A DNA stretch of 58,684 nucleotides from Thermoleophilaceae bacterium (lineage in GTDB: Bacteria; Actinomycetota; Thermoleophilia; Solirubrobacterales; Thermoleophilaceae): positions 1-58,684 of the forward strand of contig JBJMLK010000141.1 in NCBI GenBank assembly GCA_045805345.1, in the 5' to 3' direction. Below are positions 8,405 to 18,023 of this stretch, piece by piece. The notes under the pieces were generated by a model. It had not been told where the DNA came from. It made no database searches and saw nothing but the letters and a program-made list of their open reading frames with translations. The position numbers were made by a program, and so were the translations under genes. Position 1 is the stretch's first letter. Each line of letters opens with the position of its first letter.

Positions 8405-9382
8405 TCAGGCGTCGATCGGCGACATGTCGGCGTAGCGGTCGCCGGCCGCCACGCCCGGGGGCGCGATCTCGTCGAGCCGGCGCAGGTCCTCGTCGGACAG
8501 CTGCACGTCGGCCGCCGCCGCGTTCTCCTCGAGGTACTTCACGCGCTTGGTGCCCGGGATCGGGACCACGTCGTCGCCCTGGTGCATCACCCAGGCGATC
8601 GCGAGCTGGCCCGCGGTGCAGCCCTTCTCGGCCGCCATCGCCTCGAGCCGGTCGACGATCTCGAGGTTGCGCTCCAGGTTCTCGCCCTGGAAGCGCGGGC
8701 CGCGCAGGCGCCGGAAGTCGTTCTCCTCGAACTGGTCCGCGGAGCGGTAGCGGCCCGACAGGAAGCCGCGGCCCAGCGGGCTGTACGGCACGAACCCGAT
8801 GCCCAGCTCGCGCACCGTCGGCAGGATCTCTTCCTCCACGTCGCGGGTCCACAGCGAGTACTCGGTCTGGAGCGCGCTGATCGGGTGCACAGCGTTCGCC
8901 CGGCGGATCGTGTCCGGCGCCGCCTCGGACAGGCCCAGGTGGAGCACCTTGCCCTGCTCGACCAGCTCGCCCATGGCCCCGACGGTCTCCTCGATCGGCA
9001 CCTTCTTGTCCACGCGGTGCTGGTAGTAGAGGTCGATGTGGTCGACGCCGAGGCGCTGGAGCGAGCCCTCGCACGCCGAGCGCACGTAGTCGGGATGACC
9101 GTTGATCCCCTTGAAGCTGCCGTCCTCGCCGCGCTCGTTGCCGAACTTCGTGGCGATCACGAACTCGTCGCGCCGGCCGTCGGTCGCGCGCGCCACCAGT
9201 CGCTCGTTGGTGAACGGCCCGTACATGTCCGCCGTGTCGAGGAAGTCGATGCCCAGCTCGCGGGCCCGGTGGATCGTCGCGATCGCCTCGTCCTCGTCGG
9301 CCGCGCCGTAGAACTCGGACATGCCCATGCAGCCGAGCCCCATGGCGGACACGTCGAGGTCGCGCAGCTTGCGGCGGTTCAT
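8405..9382 (-). CDS. Aldo/keto reductase family oxidoreductase
   Basis: Classic AKR blocks: [47 protein letters not shown] and [15 protein letters not shown]. Confidence 0.95.
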   Translation of the reverse strand: MNRRKLRDLDVSAMGLGCMGMSEFYGAADEDEAIATIHRARELGIDFLDTADMYGPFTNERLVARATDGRRDEFVIATKFGNERGEDGSFKGINGHPDYVRSACEGSLQRLGVDHIDLYYQHRVDKKVPIEETVGAMGELVEQGKVLHLGLSEAAPDTIRRANAVHPISALQTEYSLWTRDVEEEILPTVRELGIGFVPYSPLGRGFLSGRYRSADQFEENDFRRLRGPRFQGENLERNLEIVDRLEAMAAEKGCTAGQLAIAWVMHQGDDVVPIPGTKRVKYLEENAAAADVQLSDEDLRRLDEIAPPGVAAGDRYADMSPIDA

Positions 9383-9406
9383 CGCCGGCGACGATAGCCG
9401 ACCCGG

Positions 9407-10447
9407 TCAGTCGCCATCGTGCCGGTACGCGACGATCGCGAGCCGGTTGCCGCCGGGCGCCCAGGCGAGGTACCTGAGCTCCACGAACGGTGGCGCGCTG
9501 AACCGTGCCGCCACGCGGCGGTCGCTGCCGTCGGGACGGCTCGTGACTACGCGGCTCGGGCCGCCGGACTCGCGCGACGACGCCATCCAGCGGCCGTCCG
9601 GCGACCACGCGAACGCATAGATGCCGACCTTCGCGCCGAGGCGCCGGACCTTGCCGTGCGTCGACACGACCACCGGATGGCCGTGCAGGTTGCGGTACTG
9701 GACCACCCATACCCCTCGGTGGCCCGGCGCCCAGCCGAAGCGGTAGACGTTGAGGCGGTCGCCGAGCAGCCGCTCCATCGATCCGTCCGTGCGGGCTATC
9801 CAGAGCGGCGGCCCGTACGGGAACCACCGGGCCGGGCGTCGCGTGAACACCACCCAGCGCCCGTCGGGCGAGACCCCGCCGAACTCCTCGACGTTCGCCG
9901 CTATCCGCCGGCGGGCGCCGCCGGCGCTCGGGATCGCGTACAGGTCGCGCGGCTTCAGTGCGGCGTCCGGCTCGGGCTCGCGACCGTGCAGGTAATAGAT
10001 CGTCCGCCCGTCGGGAGACCACTCCACGCGGCCGCCCGCGCGGTGCGCGATGTCGCGCCCGTGGCCGCCGTCCGGCGAGGCCACCGTGAGGTGCCCGTTG
10101 CGTCCCCCGAAGTAGCGCGCGAGCGCGAGACGCCGCCCGTCCGGCGACCAGGCGACGTTCGAGCTGCCGAGCGGCCCGCCGTCGAGGCGCTCGATCACGC
10201 GCCCGCCGCTCGCGGCGATGATCTCGATGTCGCCGTCGTTGAAGATCGCGAGGCTGTGCCCGCCCGGTGCCCAGGTGGGGCTGCCGTGCGAGTGGTGCCC
10301 GTGCGTCAGCCGGTGCACCTTGCCATGGCGGTCGGCCACGAAGATCTGCGGGTAGTACCCGACGCGCTGCGGCTCCGGCTCGCGCGCGAACGCATACGCC
10401 GCGCCCAGGAAGGCGACGGCCGCGATCGTGACGGCGCCCGCTCTCAT
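9407..10447 (-). CDS. Secreted PD40/TolB-like beta-propeller repeat protein
   Basis: An internal ATG at 10447 gives the signal peptide MRAGAVTIAAVAFLGAAYA. Repeated WSPDGR(R/T/W) PD40 motifs occur four times. The start overlaps the upstream stop (ATGA). Confidence 0.8.
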   Translation of the reverse strand: MRAGAVTIAAVAFLGAAYAFAREPEPQRVGYYPQIFVADRHGKVHRLTHGHHSHGSPTWAPGGHSLAIFNDGDIEIIAASGGRVIERLDGGPLGSSNVAWSPDGRRLALARYFGGRNGHLTVASPDGGHGRDIAHRAGGRVEWSPDGRTIYYLHGREPEPDAALKPRDLYAIPSAGGARRRIAANVEEFGGVSPDGRWVVFTRRPARWFPYGPPLWIARTDGSMERLLGDRLNVYRFGWAPGHRGVWVVQYRNLHGHPVVVSTHGKVRRLGAKVGIYAFAWSPDGRWMASSRESGGPSRVVTSRPDGSDRRVAARFSAPPFVELRYLAWAPGGNRLAIVAYRHDGD

Positions 10448-11097
10448 CGGAGCTCGCGCCGCTCGTCCATCACCACCCTGCCGCCGACCTCCACGAAGCC
10501 GTCGTCGCCGGGCCGTACGTGCAGTACCGAGCCCCGCCCCTGGCGGATCGTGAGCGGTCGCCCGAGCAGCGCGCCGAGCCGCACCGCGGCGGCGCCGGTG
10601 GCCTCGTCCTCCTCGATCCCCCACGACAAAGGGAACACGCGCGAGCGCACGAGGGCGCGCTCCTCGTCCTCGAAGGCCCACGCGGCCGGGTCATGGACGC
10701 CGGCAGGCGGCGCGGTGAGCGCTTCCACCTCGGCAGCGGAGCCGAGTTGCACAAGCCCGAACTCCGGCGCCCACTCGGGCCGCGCCGCGACCCAGGTCAG
10801 GTCTCCCGAGCGCCGCACGCGCACCTCGCCAGCCGGCACGCGCAGCACGTCCACGCCGAGCAGCCAAGCCGTCCCGACGGTCGGATGCCCCGCGAACGGG
10901 ATCTCGGCGGCGGGCGTGAAGATGCGGATCTCGCCGCGCTCGGCGTCGTCCACGAAAACGGTCTCGCTGTAGCCGAGCTCGGCGGCCAGCCGCTGGCGCT
11001 CGCCCGGCGGAACCGCCGGTCCGTCGCGAACCACCCCGAGCGGATTGCCGAACCGTCCCTCGTCGTCGGCGAAGACGCGTAGGACGTGCAGGTCCAC
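10444..11097 (-). CDS. PhzF-family (phenazine biosynthesis-like) isomerase/epimerase
   Basis: Blocks VFADDEGRFGNPLGVV, ELGYSETVFV, IRIFTPAAEIPFAGHPTVG and EDEATGAAA. Confidence 0.85.
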   Translation of the reverse strand: MDLHVLRVFADDEGRFGNPLGVVRDGPAVPPGERQRLAAELGYSETVFVDDAERGEIRIFTPAAEIPFAGHPTVGTAWLLGVDVLRVPAGEVRVRRSGDLTWVAARPEWAPEFGLVQLGSAAEVEALTAPPAGVHDPAAWAFEDEERALVRSRVFPLSWGIEEDEATGAAAVRLGALLGRPLTIRQGRGSVLHVRPGDDGFVEVGGRVVMDERRELR

Positions 11098-11125
11098 CGC
11101 GCCAGCATAGGCTCGCAGCGGGGGT

Positions 11126-11131
11126 TACGAT
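11126..11131 (+). promoter_or_regulatory. -10-like hexamer TACGAT 6 nt upstream of the SDR start codon (leaderless-type arrangement)
   Basis: A TANNNT hexamer at 11126..11131 is followed by 6 nt and then GTG at 11138. No Shine-Dalgarno sequence lies between them. Confidence 0.3.
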
Positions 11132-11137
11132 CCAGCC

Positions 11138-11974
11138 GTGGGGGAGCCTTCGAAGGCCGTGCTGATCACCGGCTGCTCGTCGGGAATCGGTCGCGCGATC
11201 GCGGAGCGGCTCGTGGCCGGCGGGCACCGCGTCTATGCCAGCGCGCGCCGCCCGGAGTCGATCGCCGACCTGGCGGAGAAGGGCTGCCAGACGCTCGAGC
11301 TCGACGTGACCGACGAGGACTCGATGCGGTCCGCCGTCGCGCGAGTCGAGGAGGCCGAGGGCGCGGTGGGCGTGCTCGTGAACAACGCCGGCTACGGGCA
11401 GAGCGGCGCGATCGAGGCCACGCCGGTCGACGCGGTGCGCAGGAACTTCGAGACCAACCTGTTCGGCTACATCCGCATGGCGCAGCTCGTGCTGCCCGGC
11501 ATGCGGCGCCAGCGGTTCGGCCGGATCGTGAACATGAGCTCGGTGGCCGGCCGGGTGACGATGCCCGGCAGCGGTCCGTACTCGGCCACGAAGTTCGCGA
11601 TCGAGGCGATGAGCGACGCGCTGCGCTTCGAGGTGCGAGGTTTCGGGGTCGACGTGGCGATCGTCGAGCCCGGCCCGATCCGCAGCGAGTTCACCTCCAC
11701 CGCCAACGCCGGGATGCCGGACGGCGACGGCGCGTACGCCGAGTACCACGCCGCGGTGGCGAAGGCCGACGCCGAGGCCGACCAGAGCAAGCTGCTTGCC
11801 GGGGACCCCGCGGACGTGGCGAAGGTCGTGGAGCGCGCGATCACAGCGCGCCGGCCGCGCCCCCGCTACCGCGTCACGGTCCCCGCGCGGCTGCTGCCGA
11901 CCATGCGGCGCGTGCTCTCGGATCGCGCGTTCGACGCGTTCCTGCGCACCCAGGCGCCGCCGCCCAGCCGATGA
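11138..11974 (+). CDS. Short-chain dehydrogenase/reductase (SDR)
   Basis: Motifs TGCSSGIGRA (TGxxxGxG), NNAG, and YSATKFA (YxxxK). Confidence 0.9.
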   Translation: MGEPSKAVLITGCSSGIGRAIAERLVAGGHRVYASARRPESIADLAEKGCQTLELDVTDEDSMRSAVARVEEAEGAVGVLVNNAGYGQSGAIEATPVDAVRRNFETNLFGYIRMAQLVLPGMRRQRFGRIVNMSSVAGRVTMPGSGPYSATKFAIEAMSDALRFEVRGFGVDVAIVEPGPIRSEFTSTANAGMPDGDGAYAEYHAAVAKADAEADQSKLLAGDPADVAKVVERAITARRPRPRYRVTVPARLLPTMRRVLSDRAFDAFLRTQAPPPSR

Positions 11975-14649
11975 TGCGACTCCGGCTCACAACCCTCGTG
12001 GTCGCGCTGCTCCTGGTCACCGGGACGGCGCACGCGGACCCCGTCAAGCCGTACGGCACCAACGACGCGGGGGGCTTCCGCAACGTGCTCCCGCCCGGCA
12101 CGCGCGGGCTCGACAACGTCTTCCAGCTCGCCGCGTTCCAGGCCACCGGCCAGCGGCCGCCGCACTGGACCGACCAGCTGCCGCTCTACCGCGACCTCGT
12201 CTACGCCGACCCCACGCTCACTCACGCGCAGATCGCCCACTACTACAAGGACGCCACCTTCGGAGTGAAGAAGGGCGACGTCGCGTCGGTCGAGACCCCG
12301 CGGCCCGGCGTGAAGATCGTGCGCGACAAGCGCTTCGGGGTGCCCCACGTGTACGGCGACACGCGCTCCGACGTGCTGTTCGGCGCGGGCTACGCCGGTG
12401 CCGAGGACCGCCTGTTCCTCATGGACGTGCTGCGCCACACCGGCCGCTCGGAGCTGTCGTCGTTCGCGGGCGGCTCCGACTCGAACCGCGCGATGGACCG
12501 CCTCCAGTGGGAGATCGCGCCGTACAGCGAGGCGGACCTCCAGCGCCAGATCACGAACGCGCCCAAGCTCTACGGCGCGATCGGCAACAAGTTCGTGAAG
12601 GACGGCCAGGACTACGTGGCCGGGATCAACAAGTACATCGACGAGGCGCTGGTCAACCCGAACAAGATGCCGGGCGAGTACGCGCCGCTCGGCCAGACGC
12701 TGCAGCCGTGGAAGCTCACCGACGTGATCGCCACCGCGTCGCTCATCGGCGGGATCTTCGGCAAGGGCGGCGGCCGCGAGGTGGACAACGCGCGGGTGAT
12801 GCAGTCGTTCGTCGATCGCTTCGGCACGCGCGCCGGGCGCCGCTCGTGGCTCGACTTCCGGGAGAAGGACGACCCGGAGTCGCCGGTCACCGTCGGCGGC
12901 CGGTTCCCGTACGAGACGGCGAGCCCGTTCGCGCGGCGCGGCCTGGCGGTCCCGGACCGCGGCTCGGTGAAGCGCACTCCGCCGGGGCCGCCGCTCGCGC
13001 GTAGCGGCGCGGCCAAGTCGGCGCCCACCGGCGCGTTCGACCTGCGCCGCGCGATCGAGCGCCACCACGAGATGTCGAACTCGCTGCTCGTCTCGGCGCG
13101 CGAGTCGAGGACCGGCCACCCAGTGGCCGTGATGGGGCCGCAGGTGGGCTACTACGTGCCGCAGATCCTCATGGAGGAGGAGCTGCACGGACCGGGCTTC
13201 GACGCCGCCGGCGCGGCCTTCCCGGGCGTGAACACCTACGTGGAGCTCGGTCACGGCCGCGACTACGCGTGGAGCGCGACCACCGCCGACTCCGACGTGG
13301 TCGACACCTTCGCGGAGGTCCTGTGCAAGGACGCCTTCCACTACCGCTGGCGCGGACGCTGCCTGCCGATGACCAAGCTCACGCGCACGAACACCTGGCA
13401 CCCGAACGCGCTCGACCAGACGCCGCCGGGAGCGGAGACGCTCACCGCCTACCGCACGGTGCACGGGATCGTCTACGCGCGCGGCACCGTGCACGGCAAG
13501 CGCGTGGCGTTCGCCAGCTCGCGCTCGACCTACATGCACGAGGCCGACTCGGCGCTCGGCTTCGCGATGCTCAACGACCCGAAGGCCACGCGCGGGCCGC
13601 GCTCGTTCCAGCGCGCGGCGTCGAACATCAACTTCGCGTTCAACTGGTTCTACGCGGACTCGCGCCACATCGCCTACTACCTCTCGGGCTGGTACTCGCA
13701 GCGCGCGCGGGGCACGTCGCCGGACTTCCCGGTGATGGGCACCGGCAAGTACGACTGGCGCGGCTTCGACCCGAGCCTGCGCGTGGCGCGCTGGCTGCCC
13801 TACGGCCGCCACCCCAATGGCATCGACCGGCGCTACTTCGTGAACTGGAACAACCGCCAGGCGAAGCGCTGGAACGCGGCCGACGACAACTACAAGTACG
13901 AGTCCGAGTACCGCCAGGAGCTGCTCGCCGACAAGGTGCGGCACGCCATTCGCGGCTCGCGCAAGATCAGGCTCCAGGAGCTGGTGCAGGCGATGGAGGA
14001 GTCCGCCACCCAGGACCTGCGCGGCGTGAAGGACGTGCCGATCCTCCTGCGCGCGGTCGGCCACCCCAAGTCGAAGGCGCTGCGCAAGGGTCTGGCGCTG
14101 CTGCGGCGCTGGCACCGCCACGGCGCCCACCGGCGCGACCTGAACCGCGACGGCCACTACGACGACGACGCGGCGGTCACGCTGATGGACGCCTGGTGGC
14201 GGAGGATCGTGGCGGCGGAGTTCCGGCCGGCGCTGGGCCGCCACACCTTCAACAGGCTGGCGGGCTTCATGCCGCCCGGCGACCCGATCGGCGGCCAGGC
14301 GGCCTCGCCCGACTACGAGACGGGCTGGTACGGGTACGTGAGCAAGGACCTGCGCGACCTGTTCGGGCCACGGCCGCGCGGCGCGTGGTCGCGCGTGTAC
14401 TGCGGCAAGGGCTCGCGGGGACGCTGCCGCGCGGCGCTGCGCGGATCGCTGCGGCGGGCCCTGCGGGTGAAGCGCGCCGCCCTCTACGGCCACGATTCGG
14501 AGTGCGCTGATCGAGGTCGCGTGGAGGCGAGCTGCTTCGACGAGACCCGCTCGACCGTGGCGGCGGGCGTCGACATCCCGCACTTCCCGTGGATCAACCG
14601 CCCGACGTTCCAGCAGACCGTGGAGCTGCGCCGGCACCTGCCGCGGTAG
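11971..14649 (+). CDS. Secreted penicillin acylase family protein (Ntn hydrolase, peptidase S45)
   Basis: An ATG at 11971 overlaps the SDR stop. Signal peptide MMRLRLTTLVVALLLVTGTAHA. Blocks FGVPHVYGDTRSDVLFGAGYAGAEDRLFLMD and an SNS nucleophile-like site (HHEMSNSLLV). Confidence 0.9.
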   Translation: MMRLRLTTLVVALLLVTGTAHADPVKPYGTNDAGGFRNVLPPGTRGLDNVFQLAAFQATGQRPPHWTDQLPLYRDLVYADPTLTHAQIAHYYKDATFGVKKGDVASVETPRPGVKIVRDKRFGVPHVYGDTRSDVLFGAGYAGAEDRLFLMDVLRHTGRSELSSFAGGSDSNRAMDRLQWEIAPYSEADLQRQITNAPKLYGAIGNKFVKDGQDYVAGINKYIDEALVNPNKMPGEYAPLGQTLQPWKLTDVIATASLIGGIFGKGGGREVDNARVMQSFVDRFGTRAGRRSWLDFREKDDPESPVTVGGRFPYETASPFARRGLAVPDRGSVKRTPPGPPLARSGAAKSAPTGAFDLRRAIERHHEMSNSLLVSARESRTGHPVAVMGPQVGYYVPQILMEEELHGPGFDAAGAAFPGVNTYVELGHGRDYAWSATTADSDVVDTFAEVLCKDAFHYRWRGRCLPMTKLTRTNTWHPNALDQTPPGAETLTAYRTVHGIVYARGTVHGKRVAFASSRSTYMHEADSALGFAMLNDPKATRGPRSFQRAASNINFAFNWFYADSRHIAYYLSGWYSQRARGTSPDFPVMGTGKYDWRGFDPSLRVARWLPYGRHPNGIDRRYFVNWNNRQAKRWNAADDNYKYESEYRQELLADKVRHAIRGSRKIRLQELVQAMEESATQDLRGVKDVPILLRAVGHPKSKALRKGLALLRRWHRHGAHRRDLNRDGHYDDDAAVTLMDAWWRRIVAAEFRPALGRHTFNRLAGFMPPGDPIGGQAASPDYETGWYGYVSKDLRDLFGPRPRGAWSRVYCGKGSRGRCRAALRGSLRRALRVKRAALYGHDSECADRGRVEASCFDETRSTVAAGVDIPHFPWINRPTFQQTVELRRHLPR

Positions 14650-14683
14650 CGGCGCGCGCGCCGCGGGCGCCCACTGCGGGCGC

Positions 14684-16660
14684 CTACCGCACGCGGAACT
14701 TCAGGAAGTTGCGCCGCGGGCCATGCGATCGGCGCGTGAACAGCTCCACGTTGCGCGTGCCGTCGATGGCGCGCACGTGCGCGGTGTAGGTGCCGTGCGG
14801 CAGCGCGTGGCGGATGCGCAGCTTCCATCGCGCGAGGCCGTCGGCGCGGATCCAGTCCGGCTGCCCACACGGACCCGCGTGACGCAGGCTGCCGTTCGAG
14901 CGCATGTACCGGCAGCGGCGGTGGCCGAGGTGACGTGCGATCGCGAGGTCCACGCGCGCGAGGCCGCCGCAGCCCCTGTCGCTCGCGCGGCCGCGCAGGC
15001 GCACGCCGCTGGACGACGCCGACGCGGCGTCGCGGCGCGCGAAGCGCGAGCTCGGCGCGTGGAGGTCGACGCACGCCGCGCCCGACCCGCCGAGCGCGGG
15101 CAGACGGGTGATCGAGTAGGTCATCTCGTAGGCGTCCCCGGCCGGCTTCAGCACGTGCCTGCCGACGGCCGCCCGCGCGGAGGCGAACTCGTCCTGGTGG
15201 TCGCCCGGGGCGTCGTTGCCGTCGGACAGCTCGGGCGTGACGGCGCACGGATCCATGTGCGGCAGGTCGCACTCCCGCGCGTCGACGAACACGCGCAGCG
15301 GCTTGCCGGACGGCACGAACAGGTCGAAGTGGCGGTCGATTCCGTCGAACCTCTGGCCGTCGTGGACCGCCCCCAGCCCCGCGACCCACTGCGGTGGGTA
15401 CCCGCCGAGCGGCGTGCCGATCCCACGCCCACCGACGAACCGCCAGTGCCCGTTAACGTCGACGTACATGTTGTACTCGCCGGGCGGCACGCCGCTCTGC
15501 TGCGGTCGGTCGGGGTTCGGGTCGAGCGAATCGTTGACCTTGATCGACCTCAGCGTGAACCGCAGGCGGTCGGGTGGAGCGGAGCGGTCGCCGTCCCAGC
15601 CGACGAGCCAGGTGTTGCCGTAGTCCTCGAGCGTGCCGCGCGCGACGCGGTCGAACCAGACGCGGACGTGCAGCCCGTCCGCCTTGGGCGTCGCCCGCTC
15701 GTGGACGTGGTGCTCCACGATGCGGCTGAACGCGCGGTAGCGCAGGCGCGCGTGGCGCGACGGCCGCGGCGGAGCCGGTACCACGAAGGAGAACGTCTTG
15801 CCGGACAGCGACTGGTACTCCTTCGACGTGTCGTGCACGCAGGCGGTGAAGGCCGGCCCGTGGGCCGGCTGGCCGCCCGGGGGCCGGTCGTCGTGCGCGC
15901 AGCGTTCCTCGGCGTGCGCGCCCGTTCCGCGCGTGGAGATGTACGCGTCGGTTTGCTGCTCGCGCGCGCGGGCCGAGTGCGATCGCGCTCGCTTCACAAT
16001 CAGCGCCTCGAGCGGGTGGAGCTCCGTCTGCTCGCCGCGGATCCTCTTCGCCTCCGGCGTGCCGATCAGCTCGCTCTCGGTCTCACCGGGCGTGAGGTAG
16101 TCGCCGTTGTGGGTGAGCGGCGCGGTGGGGTCGTTCGGCCCGGGGGCGGAGAAGTCGAAGCCCTCGCCCCAGTGCCCGCAGTCCCAGATCCACTGACCCC
16201 AGACCTCCACGCGGTCGCCCTCGTCCGGCCAGGCGTAGGTCGGCACCACGGCGGACTCCCACTCCAGGTGGAGCTGGCCGTATTCCTCGGGCACGGTCCG
16301 GTCCCAGTTGCCGCTGCCCTTGCCGCCGTTGGCCGCCGGGCTGCCCCCGGCGAGCCCGCGGTACGGCGGGTCGGGCACGACGTTGAAGTCGAAGTCGTAG
16401 CTCAGGTGGTTCTCGGGGAGGTCCTCGCCGGCGGTGTGCGGGTCGCGCACCCGGCCCGACAGGTGGCGCGCGTCGTCCTCGCCCTTCACCTGCGCGCTGT
16501 TCACCCAGACCCACTCCGGTGAGGTGTAGGTGAGGAGGCCCGGCACGTTGCGCTGGCAGCCGTCCTCGAGCGGCTTGCGGAACGCGTCGCTGACCGGGGC
16601 CGCGCCGGCCGTGGTCGCGAGGGTCAGGCAGATCGCGGTCGCTGCGAGCGCGGTGCGCAT
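14684..16660 (-). CDS. Large secreted protein of unknown function with a Cys-containing Ig-like C-terminal module
   Basis: Signal peptide MRTALAATAICLTLATTAGAAP. I recognised no family. The C-terminal ~90 aa are homologous to the C-terminus of the BNR protein at 19983..21968. Confidence 0.7.
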   Translation of the reverse strand: MRTALAATAICLTLATTAGAAPVSDAFRKPLEDGCQRNVPGLLTYTSPEWVWVNSAQVKGEDDARHLSGRVRDPHTAGEDLPENHLSYDFDFNVVPDPPYRGLAGGSPAANGGKGSGNWDRTVPEEYGQLHLEWESAVVPTYAWPDEGDRVEVWGQWIWDCGHWGEGFDFSAPGPNDPTAPLTHNGDYLTPGETESELIGTPEAKRIRGEQTELHPLEALIVKRARSHSARAREQQTDAYISTRGTGAHAEERCAHDDRPPGGQPAHGPAFTACVHDTSKEYQSLSGKTFSFVVPAPPRPSRHARLRYRAFSRIVEHHVHERATPKADGLHVRVWFDRVARGTLEDYGNTWLVGWDGDRSAPPDRLRFTLRSIKVNDSLDPNPDRPQQSGVPPGEYNMYVDVNGHWRFVGGRGIGTPLGGYPPQWVAGLGAVHDGQRFDGIDRHFDLFVPSGKPLRVFVDARECDLPHMDPCAVTPELSDGNDAPGDHQDEFASARAAVGRHVLKPAGDAYEMTYSITRLPALGGSGAACVDLHAPSSRFARRDAASASSSGVRLRGRASDRGCGGLARVDLAIARHLGHRRCRYMRSNGSLRHAGPCGQPDWIRADGLARWKLRIRHALPHGTYTAHVRAIDGTRNVELFTRRSHGPRRNFLKFRVR

Positions 16661-16692
16661 GCCCGCGGGAGCCTAATCTTCGGTCTCTCGAG

Positions 16693-17439
16693 ATGGCGCG
16701 ATTCGTGACAGTCGAGACCCGCGGCGAGGTGGCGCTGGTGCGCGTCGACCGTCCGCCGGCCAACGCGCTCGACCTCGAGCTGCTCGCGGAGGGCAGCGCG
16801 GCGGTGGCCGAGCTGCGCGAGGCCGAGCCCGGGGCCGTGGTGCTCACCGGACGGGAGGGCTTCTTCTCGGCCGGGGTCGACCTGAAGGCGGTACCGACGC
16901 TCGACCGCGAGGGGCAGCGCGCGATGGTGGACGGGATCAACCGCCTGTTCCTCGGCTGGTACTCGTTCCCGCGCCCGGTGGTGTGCGCGGTGAACGGACA
17001 CGCGATCGCCGGCGGGCTGATCCTCGCGCTGTGCGGCGACCACCGGATCGGCACCGGCGCCGGCAAGCTGGGCCTGACCGAGCTGCGCGTCGGCATCCCG
17101 TACCCGGCGGCCGCGATGGCGATCGTGCGCGCGGAGCTGCCGCCGCCGGCGGTGCGGGCGCTGACGCTGCGGGCCGAGCTGATCGAGGACGGCTCGCAGG
17201 CGGTCGAGCTGGGGCTGCTCGACGAGCTGTGCGCGCCCGACGCACTGGTCGAGCGCTCGCTGGAGGTGGCCGGCGAGCTGGCCGGGCTCCCGCGCGGCGC
17301 CTACGCGCGCGTGAAGGACCAGCTGCGCGGCCCGACGGTCACCGAGCTCGAGCGCGTGGTGGCCGACGACCCGATGCGGGGCGAGTGGCTCGGCGAGGAG
17401 AGCGCGGCGGCGTCGGCCGCCGTGCTCGGTCGCGACTGA
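16693..17439 (+). CDS. Enoyl-CoA hydratase/isomerase (crotonase) family protein
   Basis: Blocks VRVDRPPANAL, FFSAGVDL and VVCAVNGHAIAGGLILALCGDHRI. Confidence 0.9.
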   Translation: MARFVTVETRGEVALVRVDRPPANALDLELLAEGSAAVAELREAEPGAVVLTGREGFFSAGVDLKAVPTLDREGQRAMVDGINRLFLGWYSFPRPVVCAVNGHAIAGGLILALCGDHRIGTGAGKLGLTELRVGIPYPAAAMAIVRAELPPPAVRALTLRAELIEDGSQAVELGLLDELCAPDALVERSLEVAGELAGLPRGAYARVKDQLRGPTVTELERVVADDPMRGEWLGEESAAASAAVLGRD

Positions 17440-17449
17440 CGCGAGACGC

Positions 17450-17962
17450 TCACACGAGCACGCCGCCCAGCGGCCGCAGCTCCTGCTCATACGAGATCGA
17501 GTGGCGCTGCAGCTCACCGCTGGCGGTCGTCTCGTAGGCGCCCATGCGCGAGAGCGGTGGCGAGTAGGCGTGGATGGTCACCGCCGGCGCGGAGCCGGAG
17601 TGCAGGACGCGGTGGATGTCGGAGGACGCGAAGTCGAACGCCTGGCCCGCCCGGAGCACACGCGTGACCGGGCCGGCGAGGGAGAGCCGGTCCTCGCGCA
17701 CCTCGCCCGCCGCCACGGCCACCCCGCCCGAGGACACGTCGTGGTCGTGGAACCCCGTGTCGTGGTCGCGCATCCAGCAGATCAGCCAGACCGCCAGGTG
17801 GTCGTCACGGAGCAGCTCCTCGTACACGCGCGCGCCGGCGTCGTGCCGGACCAGGTGCCGCCAGAGCTCCGGCCGCCCGGCGATCCCGAGCGCGAGCTCG
17901 CGCAGCTCCGGGCGCGTGAGGTCGCGTCCGTGGGGGAGCGTGAGGGACGGTGCGGCATGCAT
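17450..17962 (-). CDS. Cysteine dioxygenase type I-like cupin
   Basis: 170 aa with the cupin metal-site block TGFHDHDVSSGGVAV and a downstream IHRV. Confidence 0.7.
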   Translation of the reverse strand: MHAAPSLTLPHGRDLTRPELRELALGIAGRPELWRHLVRHDAGARVYEELLRDDHLAVWLICWMRDHDTGFHDHDVSSGGVAVAAGEVREDRLSLAGPVTRVLRAGQAFDFASSDIHRVLHSGSAPAVTIHAYSPPLSRMGAYETTASGELQRHSISYEQELRPLGGVLV

Positions 17963-17971
17963 TCCCCACTG

Positions 17972-18001
17972 ATCTTATCGAGATTATGGGCCGGAACTCA
18001 A
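17972..18001 (-). promoter_or_regulatory. Sigma-70-like promoter TTGAGT-N18-TAAGAT, 9 nt upstream of the cupin ATG (near-leaderless)
   Basis: On the minus strand: TTGAGT (18001..17996), an 18-nt spacer, TAAGAT (17977..17972), then 9 nt to the ATG at 17962. This is a local AT-rich island and no Shine-Dalgarno sequence is present. Confidence 0.4.
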
Positions 18002-18006
18002 CTTGC

Positions 18007-18021
18007 GGCGGGAGGCCCGCC
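18007..18021 (-). terminator. GC hairpin GGCGGG-AGG-CCCGCC just downstream of the desaturase stop
   Basis: A perfect 6-bp stem lies 3 nt past the stop at 18024. There is no T-tract, so termination activity is uncertain. Confidence 0.3.
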
Positions 18022-18023
18022 CG

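Noticed and set aside
8122-8435. Small ORFs 8122..8328 (+) and 8217..8435 (+) inside the repeat-rich intergenic region.
   Set aside because: They run straight through the hairpin and box repeats. They have no Shine-Dalgarno sequence and no recognisable motifs. The same sequences at other loci are not in conserved reading frames.
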